Shown: positions 17,729 to 25,082 of the stretch, one piece after another | Numbering within the stretch: the first letter of the stretch is position 1 | Layout: every line of letters starts with the position of its first letter | NCBI GenBank assembly: GCA_037439905.1 | Contig: JBBIVC010000001.1 | Span: 1 to 30,412 of the forward strand | DNA from: Thermoflexus sp. | Lineage (GTDB): Bacteria; Chloroflexota; Dehalococcoidia; Tepidiformales; Tepidiformaceae | Direction: 5' to 3' | DNA: 30,412 nt | The notes under the pieces: model-generated | Database searches by the model: none | The model's input: only the letters and a program-made list of their open reading frames with translations | Told to the model about the DNA's origin: nothing | Program-made: the position numbers and the translations under genes

Positions 17729-18511
17729 CTACCCGTAGATAGCCTTGCCTTGCCCCGCCGATTCCCGTACCGAGCGGATATCCGCTGCGGCGCCGGCGGC
17801 GAGTGCCGGCACATCACCGCTGATGGTGATCATCCGGTAGCCGGCCGCCGCATGTTTCGCCGCGAGCCCGGCATTGGCGTGGATGCCGGCGGTCACGCCG
17901 TGGGCCGCGCACTGTTGCGCGATGAGCACCCGCGCCTCTTCGAACGCGCCGCCGTTGTTCATGCCAGGGGGCAGCCCAAGGGTGATGCTCAGGTCAGCCG
18001 GGCCGACGTAGACGGCGTCGATCCCGGGCACGGCGAGGATGGCGTCGAGCCGCTCGACCGCCTGCCTGGTCTCGATCATCGGGATGCAGGCGATTTCACG
18101 GTTGGCGTGGGCGAAGTAATCGGCCCCGGCGTAGTACGCGGCCCGGGTCGGCCCGTAGCTGCGCGCCCCTTCGGGGTAGTAGCGGCACGCCGAAACCGCC
18201 GCCTTCGCCTCGTCGACGCTGTTCACCATCGGGATGATGACGCCCATGGCGCCCGCATCCAGCACCTTGCCGATGATGCCGGGCTCGTTCCAGGGCACCC
18301 GGACGATGGGGATCGCCGGCGTCGAGCCGATAGCCTGGAGCATCGTCACCGCCGCCTGGTAATCCACCACCCCGTGCTGCATGTCGATGCACACCCAGTC
18401 GAACCCCTGGTGGGCCATCACCTCGGCCGAGAACGAGCTCGGGATGGAAAGCCAGCCACCGTAGGTGACCTCGCCCCTCGCCCACTTTTCCTTCACGGTG
18501 TTTGTTCGCAT
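17729..18511 (-). CDS. HpcH/HpaI aldolase family protein
   Basis: GFDWVCIDMQHG, VRVPWNEP, LDAGAMGVIIPMV, YYPEGARSYG, MIETRQAV, YVGPADLS. Confidence 0.9.
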   Translation of the reverse strand: MRTNTVKEKWARGEVTYGGWLSIPSSFSAEVMAHQGFDWVCIDMQHGVVDYQAAVTMLQAIGSTPAIPIVRVPWNEPGIIGKVLDAGAMGVIIPMVNSVDEAKAAVSACRYYPEGARSYGPTRAAYYAGADYFAHANREIACIPMIETRQAVERLDAILAVPGIDAVYVGPADLSITLGLPPGMNNGGAFEEARVLIAQQCAAHGVTAGIHANAGLAAKHAAAGYRMITISGDVPALAAGAAADIRSVRESAGQGKAIYG

Positions 18512-18535
18512 GGGTCGCCTCCAGGCAGGTGACTG

Positions 18536-18955
18536 TCACGGTTCGGGGAGCAAACGCAGGGACTGAACGTGACGGGGTCGAAGCGTACCAAAGTGGCGTC
18601 GATCCAGCGTCGCGAGCTTCGACTCTCCGAGGCGTTCCACTATCGCGAGCACCGCGGCATCGACGAATCCGATGTCCGCATCTGCGTAAGCGGCGCACAA
18701 AAGGCGCACGCGCTCATAGTCCCCAGGCTCGAGATCCTCGATCCCATAGGCGCCAGAACGTATGTCGTCCAGCAGTGCCAGCATCACGCCTGGATGGAGT
18801 CGCTGGTGGATCCAATAGTCCACCTCGACAAGCACCGGTGACGGTATCACCAGCTGCTCTTCACAATCTTCGATGAGCCGGCGGCACGAGGCGTACGCCG
18901 CGTCACTCCGGTCGAGCGAGGCATGGAGCGGGCCAGTGTCCAGGATCAGCGCCAA
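18536..18955 (-). CDS. vapC: PIN-domain VapC toxin
   Basis: LILDTG, VLVEVDY, IGFVDAAVLAIVE, LATLDRRHF; TTG start overlapping the antitoxin end. Confidence 0.9.
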   Translation of the reverse strand: MALILDTGPLHASLDRSDAAYASCRRLIEDCEEQLVIPSPVLVEVDYWIHQRLHPGVMLALLDDIRSGAYGIEDLEPGDYERVRLLCAAYADADIGFVDAAVLAIVERLGESKLATLDRRHFGTLRPRHVQSLRLLPEP

Positions 18956-19170
18956 CTTCGCGGCTCGGCCCGTTCGTCTCCGGTCCGGGCGGCGGTGTCA
19001 CTGAATCCTGAGGCAGCGATGCCGAGGCTGCGCGGCTTGCGGTGGGCTCGAAGAAGCATTTCGCTTACTGCTTCGCGCAGGATTTCTGCCACCGGGACGC
19101 CGCGCTCCGCCGCCAGGCGTTCGAGTTCCTGCAGCTCGGCGTCGTCCAGCTCGATGGAGGTGTAGCCCAC
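18946..19170 (-). CDS. vapB: CopG/RHH-type VapB antitoxin
   Basis: YTSIELDDAELQELERLAAERGVPVAEILREAV ribbon-helix-helix pattern, C-terminal SLGIAASG..DTAAR; directly upstream of vapC. Confidence 0.8.
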   Translation of the reverse strand: MGYTSIELDDAELQELERLAAERGVPVAEILREAVSEMLLRAHRKPRSLGIAASGFSDTAARTGDERAEPRSWR

Positions 19171-19176
19171 GGGCCG

Positions 19177-19185
19177 ATTATACCA
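19177..19185 (-). promoter_or_regulatory. Extended -10 promoter TGgTATAAT of vapBC (leaderless)
   Basis: Perfect TATAAT with TG extension ending 6 nt before the GTG at 19170. Confidence 0.7.
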
Positions 19186-19194
19186 GTGGGCTGT

Positions 19195-20187
19195 CTACCG
19201 CCGCCCCAGCGCCTGCGGCAGCGCCCCGGGGTTCACACAGGCCGGTGGCTCTTCTCCCCGCAGGACTGCTTCCAGGTTGCGCATGGCAAGGTCCAGCATC
19301 GCCGCGCGCGTCTCAACGGTCGCCGAGCCAACGTGCGGCAACAACACCACGTTGGGCAGGCCCAGGATCGGTTCATCCGCTGCCGGCGGTTCGGTCTCGA
19401 GGACGTCGAGCGCGGCCCCGGCGATGGCGCCCGCCCGGAGCGCTTCCACCAGCGCCGCCTGGTCCACCACCGGCCCGCGCGAGGTGTTCACCAGCCATGC
19501 CGATGGCTTCATCAGCGCCAGCTCCCGCGCGCCGATCATGTGCTGCGTCGCGGGCGTCAGGTTCACATGGAGCGAAACGATGTCCGACTCGCGCAGGAGA
19601 TCGTGGAGGCTGCGGAACGCGCAGTACGCGAAACCGCCCGGCGGTGTTTCGAACGTGTCGTGGTAGATGACGCGCATCCCGAAGGCCTGCGCCCTTCGCG
19701 CCACCGCCTGGCCGATACGGCCCAGCCCGATGAGCCCGAGCGTCTTGCCGGCCAGGTCGAACCCGAGCGGTGGAGGCGGCTGGCGCGCGGCCCAGCCCCC
19801 GCCAGCCACATACGCCGCGTTTTCGAGCAGCCGGCGCGAAGCCGCGAGGATCAGCCCAATCGTGAGGTCGGCGACGGCCTCGCTCAGCACACCGGGGGTG
19901 TTGCAGACCACGATGCCGCGGCGGTCGAGCTCGGCGAGGTCGACATTGTTGTAACCCACGCCGAAGTTCGAAATCACCCGCAACCGTGGCGCGGCATCGA
20001 GCAGGCCGCTATCGACGGGGAAGGGCGCCGGGCAGAGCAGGCCCTCGGCCTCCGCCAGGGCGGCTACCACCGCCTCGCGGTTGCTCCCCGGCGGGAGCAT
20101 GACCAGGTCGCACGATTCGCGGAGCCGCGCCTCTGCCTCGGGAGGCAGCGAGATAACGACGCATGCGAGCGGGCGCCTGGTGGACAC
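19195..20187 (-). CDS. D-2-hydroxyacid dehydrogenase (glyoxylate reductase-like)
   Basis: SNFGVGYNNVD, NTPGVL, GLIGLGRIG, SDIVSLH, VNTSRG, ALDVLETEP, PHVGSAT. Confidence 0.92.
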   Translation of the reverse strand: MSTRRPLACVVISLPPEAEARLRESCDLVMLPPGSNREAVVAALAEAEGLLCPAPFPVDSGLLDAAPRLRVISNFGVGYNNVDLAELDRRGIVVCNTPGVLSEAVADLTIGLILAASRRLLENAAYVAGGGWAARQPPPPLGFDLAGKTLGLIGLGRIGQAVARRAQAFGMRVIYHDTFETPPGGFAYCAFRSLHDLLRESDIVSLHVNLTPATQHMIGARELALMKPSAWLVNTSRGPVVDQAALVEALRAGAIAGAALDVLETEPPAADEPILGLPNVVLLPHVGSATVETRAAMLDLAMRNLEAVLRGEEPPACVNPGALPQALGRR

Positions 20188-20262
20188 GGGCCAACCCTAC
20201 AGGCTGGTGGCTCGCGCGCCAATCCGCCCCGCCCGTCCGCGGCCGTTCGCTACACTCGGTGC

Positions 20263-21039
20263 ATGCCCTTCACGCGCCGCAGCGGGCTGCGCATCCACTA
20301 CCGGGTCGCGGGGAAAGGCCAGCCCCTCGTCCTGGTGCACGGCTACACCTCGAGCGGATGGACGAACTGGGTATCGTCGGGCTGGGTTGAGTTTCTTTCC
20401 GCCAGGCACACGCTCCTGGTGCCCGACCTGCGGGGCCACGGCCTGAGCCAGAAGCCCTATTCGACGGCCGCCTACACCATCGGTTCGCTGGCCGAAGACG
20501 TCCTCGCCGTGATGGACCGTGAAGGTTTCGAGCGGTCGCCGGTCTTCGGGTACTCGATGGGCGGCATGGTCGCGATCGAGCTGCTGCTTTCGCACCCGGA
20601 GCGTATCCCCGCGGCGATCATCGGGGGCATGGGCAGCTACTTCCCGCGCGGCCGGGGCCGCTTTTCGCTGGAACGGCAGCCCGCCGCCAGCACCGCCCCG
20701 CGCCGCACGCCGCTGGAGCTCGCCCGCTTCCTGGGCGGGTACTTCGCCCAGTTCGACCCCATCGCCCTCGACCGCGTCTTCCGGGGCGTGTTTCGCGGCA
20801 ACCAGCCCGTCGACCGGGGCCGCCTTGGCGAAGTCCATACGCCCGTGCTCGTGGCTGCCGGCACGCGGGACCCGTTCTTCGCGCCGGCACGGGACCTCGC
20901 CGCCGCCATCCCCGGGGGGCGGTTTGTCCCCCTGCCGGGGGAAGGCCACCTGAGCGCGATCCGGAACCCGCTGTTCCGGGCCGAGGTGGTGGCCTTCCTG
21001 GACGGGCTGGACGGGCACGGTACTGGGCCGGGTCCGTAG
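20263..21039 (+). CDS. Alpha/beta hydrolase
   Basis: LVLVHG, DLRGHGLS, GYSMGG nucleophile elbow, GTRDP, GEGHL. Confidence 0.88.
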   Translation: MPFTRRSGLRIHYRVAGKGQPLVLVHGYTSSGWTNWVSSGWVEFLSARHTLLVPDLRGHGLSQKPYSTAAYTIGSLAEDVLAVMDREGFERSPVFGYSMGGMVAIELLLSHPERIPAAIIGGMGSYFPRGRGRFSLERQPAASTAPRRTPLELARFLGGYFAQFDPIALDRVFRGVFRGNQPVDRGRLGEVHTPVLVAAGTRDPFFAPARDLAAAIPGGRFVPLPGEGHLSAIRNPLFRAEVVAFLDGLDGHGTGPGP

Positions 21040-21074
21040 GAAGTAGCTACCTGGTGGCCACATGGGCCCCTGGT

Positions 21075-21593
21075 TCACCGCCCCGCGGCGAAGGACCCGA
21101 CATCCCTCCAGACCAGCTGAGCGCCGGAGTGCCCCGCGATGACCATGGTGATGAGGGCGATGCCCGCGGGCACGAGCGCCACCGCGTAGGTGGCCATGGG
21201 CGCCCACGCCGGCAGGTTGAAGCGCTTCCCCCAGCGTTCGGCCGCCCACACGGCCACCGCGGCCAGCGCCAGCAGCACCGCGAACACGAACGCGGCATCG
21301 CCCTGTTCGGGGTGTTCGCCAAAGCGAGCGCGCACGCCGCCCTGCTGGGCCGCCCGCTTCACGGCGTCCTCGAGCGGTTCGCCGCTCTCCTTGGCCAGGA
21401 ACGCGGCCGCCGCGCCGGCGATCGCCAACAGCGCCACCGGCAGGCTGTACGACCGCCGCCACGAAGCCTTCCAGCAGGTCAGCCCGAGCGCGACCGCCGC
21501 CAGGGGCACGAGGACCACCGCGGCGTGGACCACCAGCGCATGCGCGGGCAGGCCCGCGATCCTGGAAATCTCAAGAAAGACCATGTACTCCAT
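21075..21593 (-). CDS. Membrane protein, DUF2231-like (HxxxxH putative heme-binding helix)
   Basis: GLPAHALVVHAAVVLVP, KESGEPLE, EHPEQGD, AGHSGAQLVW; 4 TM helices; start 21593 or 21584. Confidence 0.7.
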   Translation of the reverse strand: MEYMVFLEISRIAGLPAHALVVHAAVVLVPLAAVALGLTCWKASWRRSYSLPVALLAIAGAAAAFLAKESGEPLEDAVKRAAQQGGVRARFGEHPEQGDAAFVFAVLLALAAVAVWAAERWGKRFNLPAWAPMATYAVALVPAGIALITMVIAGHSGAQLVWRDVGSFAAGR

Positions 21594-21861
21594 CCCGAAG
21601 AGCGTGGGTGCCAGGTGAAAAAGCTCCCCACCAGATCCATAAATCATGGACGGTAAACATCGAGTACTGCCGCGGATAGCGGCACAATTCTTGTGACAAC
21701 CAGAAGGGTGCTGCTCGTTGCACATGATCCCGGATATTCGTACTGCCTAATAGTGCACGAATGGAGACACATTCCGCGCCCCGTTGGCCCTCCGGCCCCC
21801 CAATCGACAATCGCCCGCCGGCAATCCACAATCGGGCCACCTTCCCAACCCGGAGCGCTCC

Positions 21862-23064
21862 ATGGAATTCCGAGACAACGAACGCGAGGCTGCATTCCGC
21901 GCCGAGGTCCGCTCCTTCCTCGACGCCGAGTTCCCTCCTGAGTTCAGCGACCGCCCGACGGAATGGGGGCTGTTCAACGGCGCTGGCCGCGCCCTCCCCG
22001 GTTTCATGGAGTTCATGCGCGGCTGGACCGCGAAGCTCAACCAGCGCGGCTGGGGCGCCCCGGCCTGGCCGAAGGAACACGGCGGCGGCGGCCTGAGCGT
22101 GAAGGAACAGTTCATCCTCAGCGAGGAGTTCGCCTGGCGCCGCGCTCCCCGCCCCGGTGGCATCGGCCACGGCTGGGCCGGGCCCACCATCATGGTCTAC
22201 GGCACCCCCGAACAGAAGGCCGAGTACCTCCCGAAGATCATTTCCGGCGAGCACATCTGGTGTCAGCTCTTTTCGGAACCCGGCGCCGGCTCCGACCTCG
22301 CCTCGCTCCAGACGCGCGCCATCCGCGACGGCGACGACTATGTGGTGAACGGCCAGAAAATCTGGACCTCCGGCGCGCAGCACGCCCACATGGGCATCCT
22401 CATCGCCCGGACCAACCCGGATGCCCCGAAGCACCGGGGCATCAGCTACTTCCTGGTCGATATGAAGACGCCGGGCATCCAGGTCCGCCCGCTTATCAAC
22501 ATGCTCAACAGCCACGAGTTCAACGAGGTGTACTTCGAGGATGTGCGCATCCCCGCGAAGAACCTCCTCGGCGAGGAGAACCGCGGCTGGTACCTCGCGA
22601 CCACCACCCTCGATTTCGAACGCTCAGGCATCGCGACGAGCGTCGCCCACCAGCTCATCGTGCGCGACCTGGTGAGGTACGCGAAGGAGTCCCGGGTAGG
22701 TAGCCACACGGTGGCTACAACGCCCCAGGTGCGCAACGAGCTCTCCGACCGCGCCATCGAAGCCCAGGTCGAATCCCTGGTCTGCTACCGCATCATCTCG
22801 ATGCAGGAACGCGGCGAGATCCCGAACAAGGAGTCGTCGATCGCCAAGCTCTTTTCCAGCGAGCTCGATGTCCGCCTCGCGACCACGGCCATGCACCTCG
22901 GCGGCCTCTACAGCCAGCTCACCGGCCGCGACGATCCCCACACGATGGGCGGGCGGTTCGCGCGCTTCTACATGCACAGCACCACCAGCCCCATCGGCGG
23001 GGGAACCAGCGAGATCCAGCGCAACATCATCGCCATGCGCGGCCTCGGCCTGCCGCGGGGCTAA
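21862..23064 (+). CDS. Acyl-CoA dehydrogenase family protein
   Basis: WPKEHGGGG, WCQLFSEPGAGSDLASL, VNGQKIWTS, FNEVYFEDVRIP, GEENRGW, IGGGTSEIQRNIIA. Confidence 0.93.
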   Translation: MEFRDNEREAAFRAEVRSFLDAEFPPEFSDRPTEWGLFNGAGRALPGFMEFMRGWTAKLNQRGWGAPAWPKEHGGGGLSVKEQFILSEEFAWRRAPRPGGIGHGWAGPTIMVYGTPEQKAEYLPKIISGEHIWCQLFSEPGAGSDLASLQTRAIRDGDDYVVNGQKIWTSGAQHAHMGILIARTNPDAPKHRGISYFLVDMKTPGIQVRPLINMLNSHEFNEVYFEDVRIPAKNLLGEENRGWYLATTTLDFERSGIATSVAHQLIVRDLVRYAKESRVGSHTVATTPQVRNELSDRAIEAQVESLVCYRIISMQERGEIPNKESSIAKLFSSELDVRLATTAMHLGGLYSQLTGRDDPHTMGGRFARFYMHSTTSPIGGGTSEIQRNIIAMRGLGLPRG

Positions 23065-23104
23065 ATCTAAATATGGGTGCACGGCGATATGGCGACATGG
23101 GTCG

Positions 23105-23308
23105 ATGAAGACGACGGCCGATATCGATGACGAGTTCCTGAAACCCGCGAAGAAGGCCGCAATCGATGAAGGAGTCACCCTCCGGGAACTCCTGGAAGCG
23201 GCCCTGCGCGCCAGGCTCGAGGCGGCGCCGCCCCGCAGCTACGCCGGGTTCGAAACGCGCGGTGGGATCCACGAAGAGGGCACGTTTCAGATCCTCGACG
23301 TTTCTTGA
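23105..23308 (+). CDS. Orphan VapB-like antitoxin (possibly degenerate)
   Basis: MKTTADIDDEFLKPAKKAAIDEGVTLRELLEAALR matches the 'MkTT..idDeLl..AK..A...g.tl..liE.AL' antitoxin N-terminus; no PIN gene follows. Confidence 0.6.
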   Translation: MKTTADIDDEFLKPAKKAAIDEGVTLRELLEAALRARLEAAPPRSYAGFETRGGIHEEGTFQILDVS

Positions 23309-23314
23309 ACGGCT

Positions 23315-23851
23315 CTAGCCTGCCCGCCGGACCTCGCCAGCCCCACGCCCGGCGCTCTGCCTGCTCAGCAGGCCCTGGAGCCAGCCGATATCGGCCCGCA
23401 GGTGCGCGATGCGCCGTTCCCGGGCCGCCTGGCCCCAGGCGTCCGCGGCTTCTTCGCGCAGGGCGCGTTCCTCATCCGTGAGCCTGCGCGCTGCCGCCGC
23501 CATCCGCGTACGCAGGACGCCGAGCGCGTCGTCGAGGCCGGAGATGCCTGCGGCGGAGACCGCCAGCGCGAACAGCGGCGATTCGAGCGGCTCGCGCTGC
23601 AGGATGCCTGCGGCTGCGCGGCCCGCGGCGGCACGGCCCGCCGCCGTGAGCCGCAGGACCCGGCGGAAGTGCCCATTCTCGCCCCGGGTGTCCTCGGCCT
23701 CGATGAACCCCTTCGCGACGAGCGCATCGACGCGCCGGTAGAGCGTGCTGCGCGTGGCGCGCACGCCCAACCCTTGCAGGTGGTCCAGCAGTTCGTACGG
23801 GTGCGTGGGGTTGACGGCAACGGCGGCGAGGATGGGGAAGTCGTCGGTCAT
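23315..23851 (-). CDS. PadR-like winged-helix regulator with C-terminal helical extension
   Basis: ILAAV...PTHPYEL, STLYRRVDALVAKGFI, RRVLRLTAAGR wHTH; C-terminal RIAHLRADIGWL like the PadR C-domain. Confidence 0.7.
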   Translation of the reverse strand: MTDDFPILAAVAVNPTHPYELLDHLQGLGVRATRSTLYRRVDALVAKGFIEAEDTRGENGHFRRVLRLTAAGRAAAGRAAAGILQREPLESPLFALAVSAAGISGLDDALGVLRTRMAAAARRLTDEERALREEAADAWGQAARERRIAHLRADIGWLQGLLSRQSAGRGAGEVRRAG

Positions 23852-23880
23852 GGCGTGGAGTATCGCCGCGCCTGGCCGTG

Positions 23881-24010
23881 CTTCCGTATCCGGAAGTTTC
23901 CCGATTGGGAGCAGGCGAAATGCCCATTCGGGAACGGCGCCGGGAAGAGTCGCAAATGGCGCCACGGGCTGTTCCCACCCGGGAACGCGAGCATATTCCC
24001 GTATGGGATT
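23881..24010. promoter_or_regulatory. Array of five TTCCC-N4-GGGAA-like palindromes (putative operators)
   Basis: CTTCCG-tatc-CGGAAG 23881-23896; TTCCC-gatt-GGGAG 23898-23911; TGCCC-attc-GGGAA 23921-23934; GTTCCC-accc-GGGAAC 23971-23986; ATTCCC-gtat-GGGATT 23995-24010. Confidence 0.55.
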
Positions 24011-24240
24011 CCGGCAGGCTGGAGAGTCCGGATGAGGGCGCCGCCGCCTTCCCCGGCCCGGGCGCGGGAAGCCTCCCACGCTCTTCCGCGGCAGGAGCTT
24101 CCGCCGCGCGCGAGGAACCTCACCGGATACCCCCGCCCGGCTGCCGTGTTACGGGGGCCACGGTGGAGTGACGGTGACAGCGCAGTGACAACCGGGCGGA
24201 ACCGCTTGAGAAGGCGCCGCCCGGTGGTACGTTTTGCGGC

Positions 24241-24465
24241 ATGGAAAACACCGCGGCGGCGGTGGTCTGCGCATGGTGCGGCGCCCTGGCCTCGGGGTCG
24301 CTGCCGGCGGAGCGCGTCTCGCACGGGATCTGCGTGGACTGCGTGATCGGGTTCCTCCGCCGCCTCCCGCCCGAGTACCTCCGGTCGATCGCCGAACCCG
24401 ATGGCGCGGTGACGCTGTTCTCGGGCTACCGGTTCGAGTTGCCTCCGCTGGTCCCGGCCGACTGA
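24241..24465 (+). CDS. Small putative zinc-binding protein (CAWC...SHGICxDC)
   Basis: 74 aa with CxxC-x17-CxxC; promoter TTGAGA (24206-24211) and TGgTACGTT (24225-24233) ending 7 nt before the ATG. Confidence 0.55.
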   Translation: MENTAAAVVCAWCGALASGSLPAERVSHGICVDCVIGFLRRLPPEYLRSIAEPDGAVTLFSGYRFELPPLVPAD

Positions 24466-25082
24466 GCGCCCCGTGTCCATCCAGCGCTGCCGATGGATGC
24501 CCGCCAGCCCACCTCGGTAACCACGATGCCAACGCCGGCTGCCAGGAGGTGTTGCCAGTCGAACTCCTTTCCGTAGCACACGACGCGGCAGGCGAGGAAC
24601 CCGAACAGCCCGGCGATGCCCATCGCGCGGAGCCACCACCGGGGCGCAACCCACACCAGGGCAGCTGCCACGGCGAAGAGGGCCGAAGACGACCCGGAAT
24701 CCAGCGTTTCGGCTGCCGCCAGCGCACCCGCGCGCCACTCACCTGCAACCCGCAGGAGTACGAGGATCGGGACTGTGCTCAGCCAGTCGCCCAGCCAGAA
24801 CACGGCCAGCGTCATCCGCGAACCAGCTCTCCACTCCAGCGCCGGCAGGAGCAGGACCAGGTACTGGTTCAGGCCGCTAAACCCCGGGCCATGCTGAAAC
24901 AACGGACTCACCGCCAACCGGTACCACTGCCCCCGCTGGAACGTGTCCCAGTCCACACCAAAGTGGGCGGTTAGCCACGCATGCAGCCCGGGGTCGAGGG
25001 CGGTCGCCACCTGCAACCCCACGATGACCGCCATGAGGATCAATGACACAGCGAACCGGCGTCCGGCCCGTACCGCTATCAC
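24426..25082 (-). CDS. Rhomboid-like intramembrane protein
   Basis: GQWYRLAVSPLFQH (WR motif), LEWRAG, DSGSSSALF (GxSS) and DWQHLLA (His); GTG start overlapping the upstream stop (GTGA). Confidence 0.65.
   Translation of the reverse strand: MIAVRAGRRFAVSLILMAVIVGLQVATALDPGLHAWLTAHFGVDWDTFQRGQWYRLAVSPLFQHGPGFSGLNQYLVLLLPALEWRAGSRMTLAVFWLGDWLSTVPILVLLRVAGEWRAGALAAAETLDSGSSSALFAVAAALVWVAPRWWLRAMGIAGLFGFLACRVVCYGKEFDWQHLLAAGVGIVVTEVGWRASIGSAGWTRGAQSAGTSGGNSNR

Noticed and set aside
23878-24171. 97-aa ORF across the operator array
   Set aside because: GTG-type start without RBS or -10 box, no recognisable motif, overlaps palindromic regulatory DNA.
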